From: Cyanophora paradoxa CCMP329
Taxonomy: Eukaryota > Plantae > Glaucophyta
Reading direction: 5' to 3'
DNA: 64,000 nucleotides
Assembly (NCBI GenBank): GCA_004431415.1
Contig: QPMI01000571.1
Span: 79,293 to 143,292 of the forward strand
Below the pieces are notes generated by a model. It ran no database searches, was not told the origin of the DNA, and saw nothing but the letters and a program-made list of their open reading frames with translations. A program made the position numbers and the translations under genes. Positions 31,675 to 43,300 of the stretch are shown in pieces; within the stretch, counting starts at the first letter, position 1, and each line of letters begins with the position of its first letter.

Positions 31675-34600
31675 ACTCCTCTTCCGCTGACGTCGCGTCC
31701 GCGCGACGTAGCCAGTCAAACCGTGACTCTCGTCGGCATAACCGCAAGAGGGCGTCCCCAACACCGCCGATGGGTGCACCGCTCGAGGGCACCGACAGGC
31801 CCCAAGACGAGGAACCTGAGCCACAGCCCGAGGACAGGAATGCAAACAGCTGCAGGCCAGGTAGAAGGCCAGGTAGCTGTAGATCGATCCCGTCCAGGTC
31901 GTCCAGGTCGTATGCAAGGCATGGCAGGTGGGGCAAATGCGTGCATGCGGGAAAGCTCGAAAGGGAAAAGCATAAAAACTCGAAAGGTGTAAACGCTGGC
32001 CCAAACTCACTCCAAACGGCGAGGGCCGCTGGAGAGTGGCACGGATGGGAAGTTTCACCGCCTCGGGAAGAAACCAACGAGGAGGTATTCGGGCCGCCCA
32101 TCAGGCCCAACGAAAGGATAGGGCACGACTGAGTGCACCCCCAGCCAGCAACCTCGAGCCCCTCACGGACCCGCAGGCACCCGGGAGGCCTACACCCAGC
32201 CACTCTCCACGAGCGACGGGCCCAGATCCCAGAAAATGGAACGAAAGGCCCAGATGACGCCCCGTGATCGGCCACCAGCCAACCCACGTCCCATCTCGAA
32301 AGCCAAGGTTGAGGCAAAGCTGGCAAAGAAATCTGCCGTCGACTCTCATCTCATCTCTAGCGTCGCCCTCGGCGTCCCACACAGGAACCCTCGGCGCCGA
32401 CGTATGGGGCAAGGTATAGATTTGGTTCGGGACGTTTGGTTGGGAGTAGGGTCCGCTGAGGCTCGTAGGAGGTCCGTTTCGCACGTCATGAAGACGGGAT
32501 TTGCGACTGCACATGCAGGCTTCCGATCCACAGCCAGCTGCAGCGTGCAGCTGCGTCGAGCGGAGTAGTTGAATCCGAACTCAGACGGCATTGGCGCAGC
32601 TGATGTGGATTCATGAAGCGTGCAGTCGACGTCGATGTGAGCGGCGACCTTGTATGCACTTGCACGTGCGTCTCGAGCTCGAGCTCGCGACCAGGTGCAC
32701 GCGATAAAGGTACGAGCCCTTGAGCCGCACATCATCGAAGAGCAGAAATGCTTCGACGATCCCGTGACTGCTTTGGCGCTCCTGTCGAGGTCGCGCAGCT
32801 TGCAGTGCAGGGTCCAATCCGCGCGGCCCCCGGTTCTGACCGCTGGGACCACAGGGTGCACAGCTCAGCAGCTGAACCCTCGTGGTTGGATCACGAGGCC
32901 GACGTGCGAGTTGCCGAGCTCAACGCCTCAGCTGATCGCGGGCGAGCGGCCCCTCGCGACTGTCGGTGGGAGCGTGCAAGGTTGGAGCTCGTGAAGCATA
33001 CGCCAGGCTGTCAAGCACGCGCTACGGCGTGATCATGAGGGCTGCAGTGTACGCGTGTACGTAGAGCCGCGGCGCGGGATTCCCTGGAGGAGGTCCGGGT
33101 CCCTTGGCGGACGTACATCAGTGTACGCTGGCACTGGCGCTGTGTGTGGCCTGGGGCGAGAGATGGGGCGAGGACCGAGACCGAGCCCTCACGTTCGCGA
33201 CGTGCGTGACATCGCAGCGCTCAGCTGCTGGCGATGAAGCCAGGTGTCGACGCTCCAGCTAGACGCGGCCTTCAATCGAAGGCGCGCGTGCTGGCCGCGA
33301 ATCCCATCAGTCGTTCCCTCGGCCTGGTCTTCCTGGGATCCGGCCGCAGCCAGGCTCGTTGGCAAGCTTGGCGGTCATGATCACGGGAAGGGTTCTGCAG
33401 CAATCCGCGAGACTGCATATTCGCGGTGCCGAGACCCTCGGATTTGCGACCGATTCGCCAGCCTTCGCCGTGGGCTCGTTTCGATCGCATCCCAATACCA
33501 GGCGATCAGGCGAAGCTGACGGACGGCGAATCCTTCAGAGACTCAGATCTCTTGATCGGGGATCCGAATTCGTGTTCGGTGCGTAGCCAGACCGCGACAC
33601 GGCGTGCAGTCGGCTGCTGAGATCCGATTCCGATCCTTAGGAGGCCGCATCGGTGAGTAGTGCGAGCGAGTGCACTGGCCGTAGCTGGACTCTCAAGCTC
33701 TGTCGAAACAGCACTTGCCAGTCCGTTCCGGACACGGTCACTGGCTGTGCACGTAACAACAGGGCCTGAGGGCCATCAGCCCCAGTAGCATCGCCACCGA
33801 TGGGTTTCCGAGGCGGAATGTGGTTCGCCAACGGCGAGACCTGGATCCCGGCGAGCCGCCGTGTGAGGAGACCTCAAGGCGGTTAGCTAGGTTCGATTGC
33901 TTGTGCTCGATCAGCCTGCAGACGGCAACGCGCGCTGGGGCGAACTGCTCCACAGCAGATCTAGGCGCGACGTCGACTACATGCTCGAGTCTGATCATGG
34001 TCCCGACTCCTCTTCCGCTGAAGAGGGGAAGTCGGGCGTGGCAGGCATCCGCCGATCGAGGAGGGGCTCAGGCGTCGGGCCAAGAGGCAGCCTTCGGCTC
34101 GAGCGCTTGTGCGCGTACTCCTCTTCCGCTGAAGAGCGGAAGCCGTAGCACGGCAAACTGCCTCCGATGCCACTCCCTCTTCGGTTAAGCACCGTCCCCG
34201 GTGCTCCACCGTCTTTCGCGAAAATTGTGGCACGCTGATCATGAGGCCGCTGGATCCGTGATTGGATCGGGACAGCGTGGCCGTGGTGGAGAAATTCGCG
34301 AGTGCGGGTAGAAAGAACGGCGAGGCGTGATCGTGCACGACCGTAACCGTCTCTCTTTCGTTGGATTCCATGGCGTTCCGGGCCGCTGCCACTCTCGATT
34401 CGAGGGGCGAGCGTGAGCCGCGGGCCAGAGCGAGGTTGAATGGATGCTGGCTTCGATTTGAATTGAGTTGTGGGCAACTGATCAATTGCGTCGGCCGGCC
34501 ACGATTGTGCCGATCGCGAGTCAATCGCACTGCAGTGCCCGCCGTTCGAATTTCGCGATTCGATCGGACGCCAGTCGTGTCGAGCACGAGGGCATCGAGC

Positions 34601-37600
34601 CTCGACTTTCGAGCGGGCGTCGATCAGCGCAAGGCTTGGGCCGAGCTTCCGAAACACGATTTGCATATATAGCGCTCGGCTGTGTATGCTCGTGTCCGTA
34701 GGCCCGTGTTGCCGCTTTTTGCGGTTTTAGGCCAGGCGTTGGGGCGCCAGCACCCAGATTTATGGGAGCGGCCTCAGTGAATGAAGCTGGTGACGGTGGG
34801 TGCGCCACTGCCGGGAATAAGATCCCGGGTCGCCGGCGCCCAGCGCGAAACGGATTTGGCAGCTATGTCGAACTCGTTCGCTCGCAGGAGCGCCAGCTGC
34901 ATATGCATGCAGCCGGGCCCGCGCGACTTGGTATACGTATGCGCGAACGTCCGGTGGTCCGGGTTGCGGGGCAGAATTTGAGAAAATCCGTGCCGCTGCT
35001 CGGGACGAGAGCCCGGCCGGCGGGTCGCCAGCGAAAATCGACGACTTTCGCCATGCTGGGCCCTCGCGAAATTTCGCGAGCCGAGAGGTACGAAATCGGC
35101 CGTGCCACGGTGCGTGCGCGGTCCGACGGTCTGGCCTTCTCGAGCGGGCCGCGTACGCGTAGCCTACATCTCGGTTCCGAGCCGCGCGCGGCGTCGGGGC
35201 GGAATCGCGAGATCGAGGTCAACCGTCGGACTCGGGTGAGTCTCGAGAGCCGTGACCGCTTTAGTAAGCGTCAGAACCAGGCTCAGCGGCTGGTCTGAGG
35301 CTGAGGATGATGCATATGCTTGGCCGAAGGGCCGTGCAAGGGCCGGTCTACTGGGCCGGGCATGGCCACGCACACGTGGCGCGAAATTAAATTGCCGCAC
35401 TCTAGTGCTGCAAAATTTTCGTGGCGACGCGAAGTGATTCGCATGCACAGATCTAGAGGGCCCGGGAAACGTCCGGCGCGATGATTGTGCACGCGGGCGC
35501 CCTCACGCCGTGACGTCCGCTGGCGTGCGCCGTGACGGCCTCGCCACGCGGCAGCCGGCCACGGGCGTGCACTGCGGCCGCCGGGCACAAGTGCGTGTGC
35601 AGGGCGCGGCTGCGCATGCCGTGGTATTGATGGCTGGGCGCCAGCCGCCGTACGCGTGGCAGCTTTAGCAGCACCATAGGGATCGGCAGGCGGGCTTGCA
35701 ACCAACGCGATGGGTTCCCAGCTGCAGGAGCGGGACCGGTAGCGGCCGGTTGCAGGAGCCGTGCTCGTGCATACGAGTGTCAATATCGTGCCGACGATGT
35801 CATGCACGATCGCAGGCTTTCTCTTAGAAGACCGGGGGGGCCCCGGTGCTCTCGAGAGAGCTGACGATAGAGCTTTCGCTCTGTCTCTAGCTCTCGGTGG
35901 CCGTGGCGGGTACCCGGTGCGCTGGAGTGTGAAGCCGACAGCTGCAGGTTCCACCAGCTAGGCGGGAACGGCTTTCCGAAAATCGGATACCGTGGCTTGC
36001 GCACGGGCCAGCCACTTGGGGCGCGCTGCCGCGCGGATCATCAGATCCGGCTCATCATTGAATTCCGAATTCGAATCGCGAATTCGAATTGCGAATTCGA
36101 ATTGCGATGCTTTCGAATTTGGGTGCCGCAGTGCGGTCGACAGGTTCGCTTCGCTCGGTAGCGAATTACGATTTCTGCAGCTCATGCAGTCTTCCCTGCC
36201 TCATCCTCTCTCCAACCGTGTTTTAGCGGGAGGTCGAGGCATGAGCGTGCCGCAAGGCGGGTGGGGCTGAAGGCCGCGTGCGCAGGCTTGGCGGCGAGCG
36301 GCCGTGCCGAGGCCTGGAACCTGCCGCCGTGCGGTCGCGTGTAAATTTTGCGGGCCGGTCTGCGAGCCCTGAAGGCTGCGCTACGGTGCGAAAAATGCCT
36401 GCAGCCAGCACCAGCTGCAGCATCGCCGGGTTTGGCGAAGTGGTGCACAGGTTCCGGCTCAGGGCGGCGGCAATGCTCTTTTCGAGCTAGCACTGCCCTT
36501 GGCGGCGCAAATCGCGACCGTACATTCGATAGCTGGATCGGCGCTCTGTAGCACGGCGCTCCATTACAGCGCCTCATCAGCGCTCGCCGAGCGGCGTGCC
36601 GGCGTTGGCAGAGAGAGCCGGGCGCTGTTCAGCGCAGCCGATCGTCCGTTCGCGATCGCGAGTCGACGTCGTTTCGCGAGTCGGTCCGGGGCCACGGGGC
36701 CGTGTGCGCAGCCTCTTTGAGAAAGCTACCGCATAAGTGCTCAGGCTTCGAATTTTTCGCGGCGCTCAGCGCGGCTGCTCGGCGGCTGCATCCGATATCC
36801 GGTCGCGATATCGATGCATATGCTGTGGGCCTGGCCGGGGCTGAGACCCGCGCCTGCAACACACACGTGCACGTGCACGCGGTTTATGCAAGGTAGGGCT
36901 AGCCGTTTAGTTTTGTTTAACGGTTGCAGCCTTTATTCCCGCTGGCCATGGTGGCTGCGGCTTGAATATTTGTGGCGCTCGCGATCGGTGTCCGCGTCCG
37001 CGGCCACGCGATTGCACGTGCAAAGAGTCGTGCGCGGCTCGACAAGCGGCTCTGGGGCCCGCTGTACGTTGTAGCGCTGGCCCACGCGTGGGAGTCCGAC
37101 ATTCGATTCCAGTCGCTAGCTTGACGCTCGCAATTGGCCTCGGTCTCCCTGGGACTCGGGAGGACGAGTCGAGCCCGTTGCGAGCTTCGATTCGCGTTGG
37201 GGCCGGGGGCCACAATTCGCGGCCTCGTAGGGGCAAGGCCCTAATTCACAGCTTTGCGACGTCCAGCGACCGAGCGTGATCGTGGATTCGCGACGCGGAT
37301 ATTCGCGGGGCCTAGGCTCGCCGCGAATCTCGCTGGGCTCGTGGCCGTGCCGGTTTTCGCGGGGCAGGCCGGTGCGGCCCGGTGGGCCGGGGCTGGAATC
37401 CCGATGCGGGTCGCCGCAGGCGCCGACGAGGAGGCCCTTGGGCGAGGGGCCCGCGAGGGGACCTGCCAGGCAAGGGCCGGTGGCCGCCTGAATCTCGACT
37501 ACGCCGAGCTCGAGGCTCGCGATTGCGCGGGCTCGAATATTACGGGCCGTCCTTCCGATATGGGCTGGACGGGCCGGGCACTCGGAATATTCGATCGCGA

Positions 37601-39346
37601 ATCTTTGAGTCCGGTCCCGATTATCGGATTTTCGCGATATCGATATCGGACGGGCACGGCTTCCGCAGTGCCGGCCCGGCGGTGGGGACAGTCTGGCAGG
37701 AGAGAGCCGGAGCTGCGAGCCCGGGCAACCTCAGACCTCAAAAGGGCCGAGGGCTGCCTGCGATCGCAGCTGCTCCAAATCCGATCGCGAGGCTCGCGAT
37801 AGTCGTTCCTTGCGATCCAAATTCGCAGGCCGGCACCCTGAATCGGGGCAACGATTGCAAATTGACGGATCTCGATTATCGGATTCTCGCGGGTCATCGG
37901 ACCCCATATGCATGGCCAGGCACGTGCACGGCAGCCACGGGCGGCCGCGGGCTGGAGCGCGTGCAGCGGGCTCTGGGTTTATATCCGAGCGAGCTAGCGT
38001 AACTTTGATCGTGAGCTCGAGCTCGCCGAGTCGCCTTGGCCGCGGGCCAGATTAGAGGCAGCTTGAGGCGAATTCGAAGCGCAGTGCCCGAGCCCCGAGG
38101 CTCGTTCACTGGCCGGGCTCGGAATTGGCTTAATTGAACCGTTCAACGGTTGGCCACGTGCATCGGGGCGCCAGGCGCATTGGACGCTTCGGCGCGGGGC
38201 GCGGGTGCCGCTGTCAGCTTCGGGCCCTGAGGGCAGGGCCTCCGGGACGCAGCCGCCAGCTGTTCGCAGGCAATTGCAAGCGCCGATCGTAGGCTGAGCT
38301 CGTCCTCTGGATTCGAGGCCAGGGACCGCAGCTATTTGCAGAGGACTTCCAGGGCTCAGGGCCCAGCGGCAAGCCGGCCGTGGACTGCGGGGCCTCGGGC
38401 CGAGGGCGAGGCCGGGCGGCCGTTATTTAACAGGGCCGTACACGCATCGGCTTGAACGTTTACAGGCATTCGCATGACCGTGCAATCTGCACGTGCTCGT
38501 GCACTGTGGCTACGGCACCCACCGGCTGCCGCAGTGCGGTTCGGTTGCGCAGCCAAGTCGCGGAAATATGCCCAGGGCCCGGCCGGGTGCCCGGCGCCGG
38601 CGGCCTCCGCCTCTGAGAGAGGGCGAGACTCGCGATCGGCGGGCTCGAGGTCGCAAGGCAGGCGGTCGCGACGTCGACGGCGGTCGCAGGGCAGGCAACG
38701 GCCAGGGGAGCGGGCCGTGCCGCACGGTGCCGCGCGCACGGCGCTGTCGTGTACGTGCACGTGATCCGATGATCGGCTTCGTTGGGGATCAGCCACGATA
38801 TCGATATCGATCTGGATAGACTCATGGTCGTCTCGAGCCAGGGGCTCGGAATCGCGATCCCACGTCCGTGGATCGGGGGCCGGATTGGGATTCAAGCTTA
38901 AGGCCCGCGATTTCGCGATCGGTCGGCGTAGGGCATCGTCGTGACCGGGCGTTGCAGCGCTCCTTGCTCGCAGCGGCGTGAGAGACGCCACTCTCAGGCC
39001 TCTGGGGGCTCGTAGCGGCGCGAGATACAGGGCCGATGTCTGGGGACCGCAGGCCGGTCGTGAGGCACGGCATTTTGCGTGCGGGAACTCGAAGGATCCC
39101 GACGTCGCAGCACGCGAGATCAGCCATGGGTTCGACCCGTGCGCTGTGATAAGCGCCCTTGGTCCGGGCGTGCTGCGCAGCTTCGCAATCGCTCCTCTGA
39201 CCGTGGGGCCGGGGCCCGGCCGGCCGCGGGCCACCTCGAACGGCACTGCGGCAGTTCGGCGATGCAAACGGCAGCTCGGCGGTCGCGATCCTGTCCGCGA
39301 AGGCGAGGGCAACCGCGAGGGCGAGTTGCTGATCGTAATTCGATGG

Positions 39347-40330
39347 TTTACGCCTCGCTTCATTCGAATGCAGAAGACCTAGCTATCTTACGCCTGACAC
39401 TACTTAGCTAGATGCACGGGATAGCGCATCGGGTTGGGCCCTGAGGTACGGCAGCTCAAGGCTGCTTTCCCGGGAACCACGTATCATAATACGTTGGCGA
39501 TCGACCAGGGCGGATCGCCGTATGCCATTCCGGCCTCGCCCTTGCGAGTTCCGGAACAAGAACTCTCCGGGGTAAGCGTGCTAGGCGCTTGTACCCCGGG
39601 GAGGGCCGTTGCGGGTCGAGACGGTGTACCCCGCTCGGGGTACTCCGCTCGGGGCCGTCGCGGGGCCGATCGGGGTACCCCGCTCGGGGGTACACTTGAT
39701 CGGGGCCGCTCTGACGCCGTACCCCTCTCCGGGGTACGCGTTCGGCCTCGGGCCGCGCCTTGTGGGGCCGGTTGGGGCGAACGGCGTACCCCGGGGAGGG
39801 GTACGCGGTTTCTTCCGGGTTCGGGGATCCGAAGCCGGGTACCGCCGCCGGAGGCCGCGGGGGTGAGCGTAGCGAACGCAGCACGAATGCAGTACCCCCT
39901 ACCAAACAAGAGTCAGGTCACAGCCAGCCAGAATAGCATACATAAGGACAAAAGTGATCAAGAGGGCGAGGGTTGATCCACCCTCCTCCTGCCCCCCCCC
40001 CCCCCCTTTCCTCCCCCCCCGCCCCCCCAACGTGTCTCGGACGCTGAGCCCCTATCCCCAGCGCACTGCGCTGTAGGAGGACGGGCAGAGAGCGTGAATT
40101 CGGACAACAACATGGGGCCGGGGCGGGCCAAGAAGCCCGAGGGAACGAGCCGGCACAGAAGGCTGGGGGGTTCTCGTCGTACCCCTATGGGACAGTCGAC
40201 GAACCGGGGCGGCGCTTGATAGTTGCGCCGCCAGATCCCCGCCGCCGACAAGTCATGCTGGGCGGTGCGGGCCAGGGGCGCGCTACGGGTGGAGGGCGGG
40301 CAAGGCGGTCGCACTGCGCGTCGGCGTGAA
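39347..40330. mobile_element. ~1-kb repeat head preceding the 139-bp array (copy 1)
   Basis: Highly similar to 61370-62390, with a sharp shared boundary at tttacgcctcgcttcattcgaatgcagaagacc. Contains a GTACCCC/GGGGTAC hairpin cluster. Confidence 0.8.
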
Positions 40331-43300
40331 GTCGCGCGAGGCCGTTACGGACCTCGGGGCCGCGGCGGAATCTAAAACCATCCCAGCCGGTGAGCACCGA
40401 AAGTGAGCCCACCACCGTCCTGCCCTGTGCAAGCAGGTTAGGCGGCGGAAGCGCGCCGCGCGGAGGCGTGGGGGCCGCATAAGACCGCGGGAGCAGTCGC
40501 GGGGCCTCAGGGCCTGGAGCGCCCGTGGGACAGCACCGTGGGCGAGCCAGCGGTCAGCCCACCCTGCGCCAGCAGGCGAGGCGGCGGCAGCGCGGGGCCG
40601 CGCGAGGCCGTGACGGACCCGGGGCGGTGATGGGGCCATGAGCTCCAGCAGGAGAGCGCGGCTGGCGAGCCAGGGGCCGGCCCGCCCTGCGCCAGCAGGT
40701 CGGGCGGAGGCGGCGGGTCGAGCGGCGGCGCGGGGCCGCGCGAGGTCGTGACGGACCTCGGGGCCGCGAAGGAGCCTTGAGCTCCAGCAGGGGGGCGACG
40801 CGGGCGAGCCAGAGGCCGGCCCGCCCTGCGCAAGCAGGCGAGGCGGCGGCGGCGAGCCGAGCGGCAGTGCGGGGCCGTGCGAGGTCGCTGCAGACCTCGG
40901 GGCGGTGGTGGAGGCTTGAGCTCCAGCAGGAGAGCGCTGCTGGCGAGCCAGCGACCGGCCTGCCCCTTCGCGAGTAGGTCCGACGGCGGTAGCGGGTCGA
41001 GCGGCCGCGCGGGGCCGCGCAAGGCCGCTACGGACCTTCGGGCGGCGGCGGAGCTTTTAGCTACCGCAGGAGGCGCTGCGCGCGGTCCACCAGCCGGCCC
41101 GCCCTGGGGGCGGTGGCGGAGCCTTGAGCTCCAGCCAGGAAGCGTCCGACGGCCGCGGGCGGGCTAGGGGCCGGCCCGCCCTGTGCCAGCCAATCAGGCG
41201 GAGGCAGCGAGCTGGGCGGCGGCGCCGGGCCGCGCGAGGTCGCTGCAGACCTCGGGGAGGTGGCGGAGCCTTGAGCTCCAGCAGGAGCGCGGTGGGCGGG
41301 CCAGCGGCCGGCCCGCCTGCACCCGTAGGTCAGGCGGCGGCGGCAAGCCGGGTGGTGGAGTGGGGCCGTGCGAGGCCGTCAAGGGCTTCGGGGCGGCGGT
41401 GGAGCCTTGGGCTCCAGCCGGAGAGCGCGGCGGACGAGCCAGCGGCCGCCCGCCCTGCGCCAGCGGGTCAGGCAGTGGCGGTACGCCGAGCTGCAGCGCG
41501 GGGCCGCGCGAGGCCGTGACGGACCTCGGGGTAGCGGTGGAGCCCTGGGCTCCAGCTGGAGAGCGCGGCATGCGAGCCAGCGGCCGGCCCGCCCTGCGCA
41601 AGCAGGTCAGGCGGCGGCGGCGGGTCGAGCAGCGGCGCGGGGCCGCGCAAGGCCGTGACGGACCTCGGGGCGGGGCGGGCCCTGGGCTCCAGCCGGAGAG
41701 CGCCGCAGGCGAGCCAGCGGTCGGCCCGCCCTGCGCAAGCCGGTCAGGCGGCGGCGGCGGGGGCGCGGCGGTGCGGGGCCGCGCGAGGTCGTTTTCGGAC
41801 CTCGGGCGGAGGTGGAGCCCTGGGCTCCAGCCGGGGGCGCTGTATGCGAGCCAGCGGCCGGCCCGTCCTGCGCAAGCAGGTTATGCGGCGGCGGCGGTCG
41901 AGTGGTGGTGCAGGGCCGCATGAGGCCGTGAACGGACCTCGGGGCGGAGGTGGAGCCCAAGGGCTCCAGCCGGAGAGCGCGGCAGGCGAGCCAGCGGCCG
42001 GCCCGCCCTGCGCAGGCAGGTCAGGCAGTGGCGGTACGCCGAGCTGCAGCGCGGGGCCGCGCTAGGCCGTGACGGACCTCGGGGCGGCGGTGGAGACCAA
42101 GGCTCCGGCCGGGGAGGGCTGCATGCGAGCCAGCGGCCGGCCCGCCCTGCGCAAGCAGGTTATGCGGCGGCGGCGGGTCGAGCGGCAGCGCGGGGCCGCG
42201 CTAGGCCGTGACGGACCTCGGGGCGGAGGTGGAGCCCTGGACTCCAGTTGGGGAGCGCTGCATGCGAGCCAGAGGCCGGCCCGCCCTGTGCAAGCAGGTT
42301 ATGCGGCGGCGGCGGGTCGAGCAGCAGCGCGGGGCTGCGCGAGGCCGTGATGGACCTCGGGGCGGAGGTGGAGCCCTGGGCTCCAGCCGGAGAGCGCGGC
42401 AGGCGAGCCAGCGGCCGGCCTGCCCTGCGCAAGCAGGTCAGGCGGCAGCGGTGTGTCGAGCGGCGGCGCGGGGTCGCGCGAGGCCGCTTCAGACCTCGGG
42501 GTGGAGGTGGGGCCCAAGGGCTCCAACCGGCGAATGTCGCAGGCGAGCCAGCGGTCGGCCCGCCCTGCGCAAGCAGGTCAGGCGGCGGCGGCGTGTCGAG
42601 CGGCAGCGCGGGGCCTCGCGAAGCCGTGACGTACCTCGGGGCGGAGGTGGAGCCCTGGGCTCCAGCCGTGAAGCGCTGCATACGAGCCAGCGGCCGGCCC
42701 GCCCTGCGCAAGCAGGGTATGCGGCGGCGGCGGGTCGAGCGGCAGCGCGGGGTCGGGCGAGGCCGTGACGGACCTCTGGGCGGTGGTAACGCCTTGAGCT
42801 CCAGCCGGGGGGCGCTGCGGACGAGCCAGCGGCCGGCCCGCCCTGCGCAGGCAGGTTATGCGGCGGCGGCGTGTCGAGCGGCAGCACAGGGGAGCGCGAG
42901 GCCGTGGCGGACCTCGGGGCGGTGGTGGAGCCCTGGGCTCCAGCCGGGGAGCGCTGCATGCGCACCAGCGGCCGGCCCTGCGCAGGCAGGTTCTGGGGCG
43001 GCGGCGGGTCGAGCAGCAGCGCGGGGCCGCGCGAGGCCGTGACGGACCTCGGGGCGGAAGTGTGGCCCTGGGCTCCAGCCGGGGAGCGCTGCATGCGCAC
43101 CAGCGGCCCGCCCTGCGCAAGCAGGTCAGGCGGCAGTGGCATGTCGAGCAGCAGCGCGGGGCCGCGCGAAGCCGTGACGGACCTCGGGGCGGAAGTGGGG
43201 CCCTGGGCTCCAGCCGGGGAGTGCTGCATGCGAGCCAGCGGCCGGCCCGCCCTGCGCAAGCAGGTTACGCGGCGGCGGCGGGTGGCGCGGCGGTGCGGGG

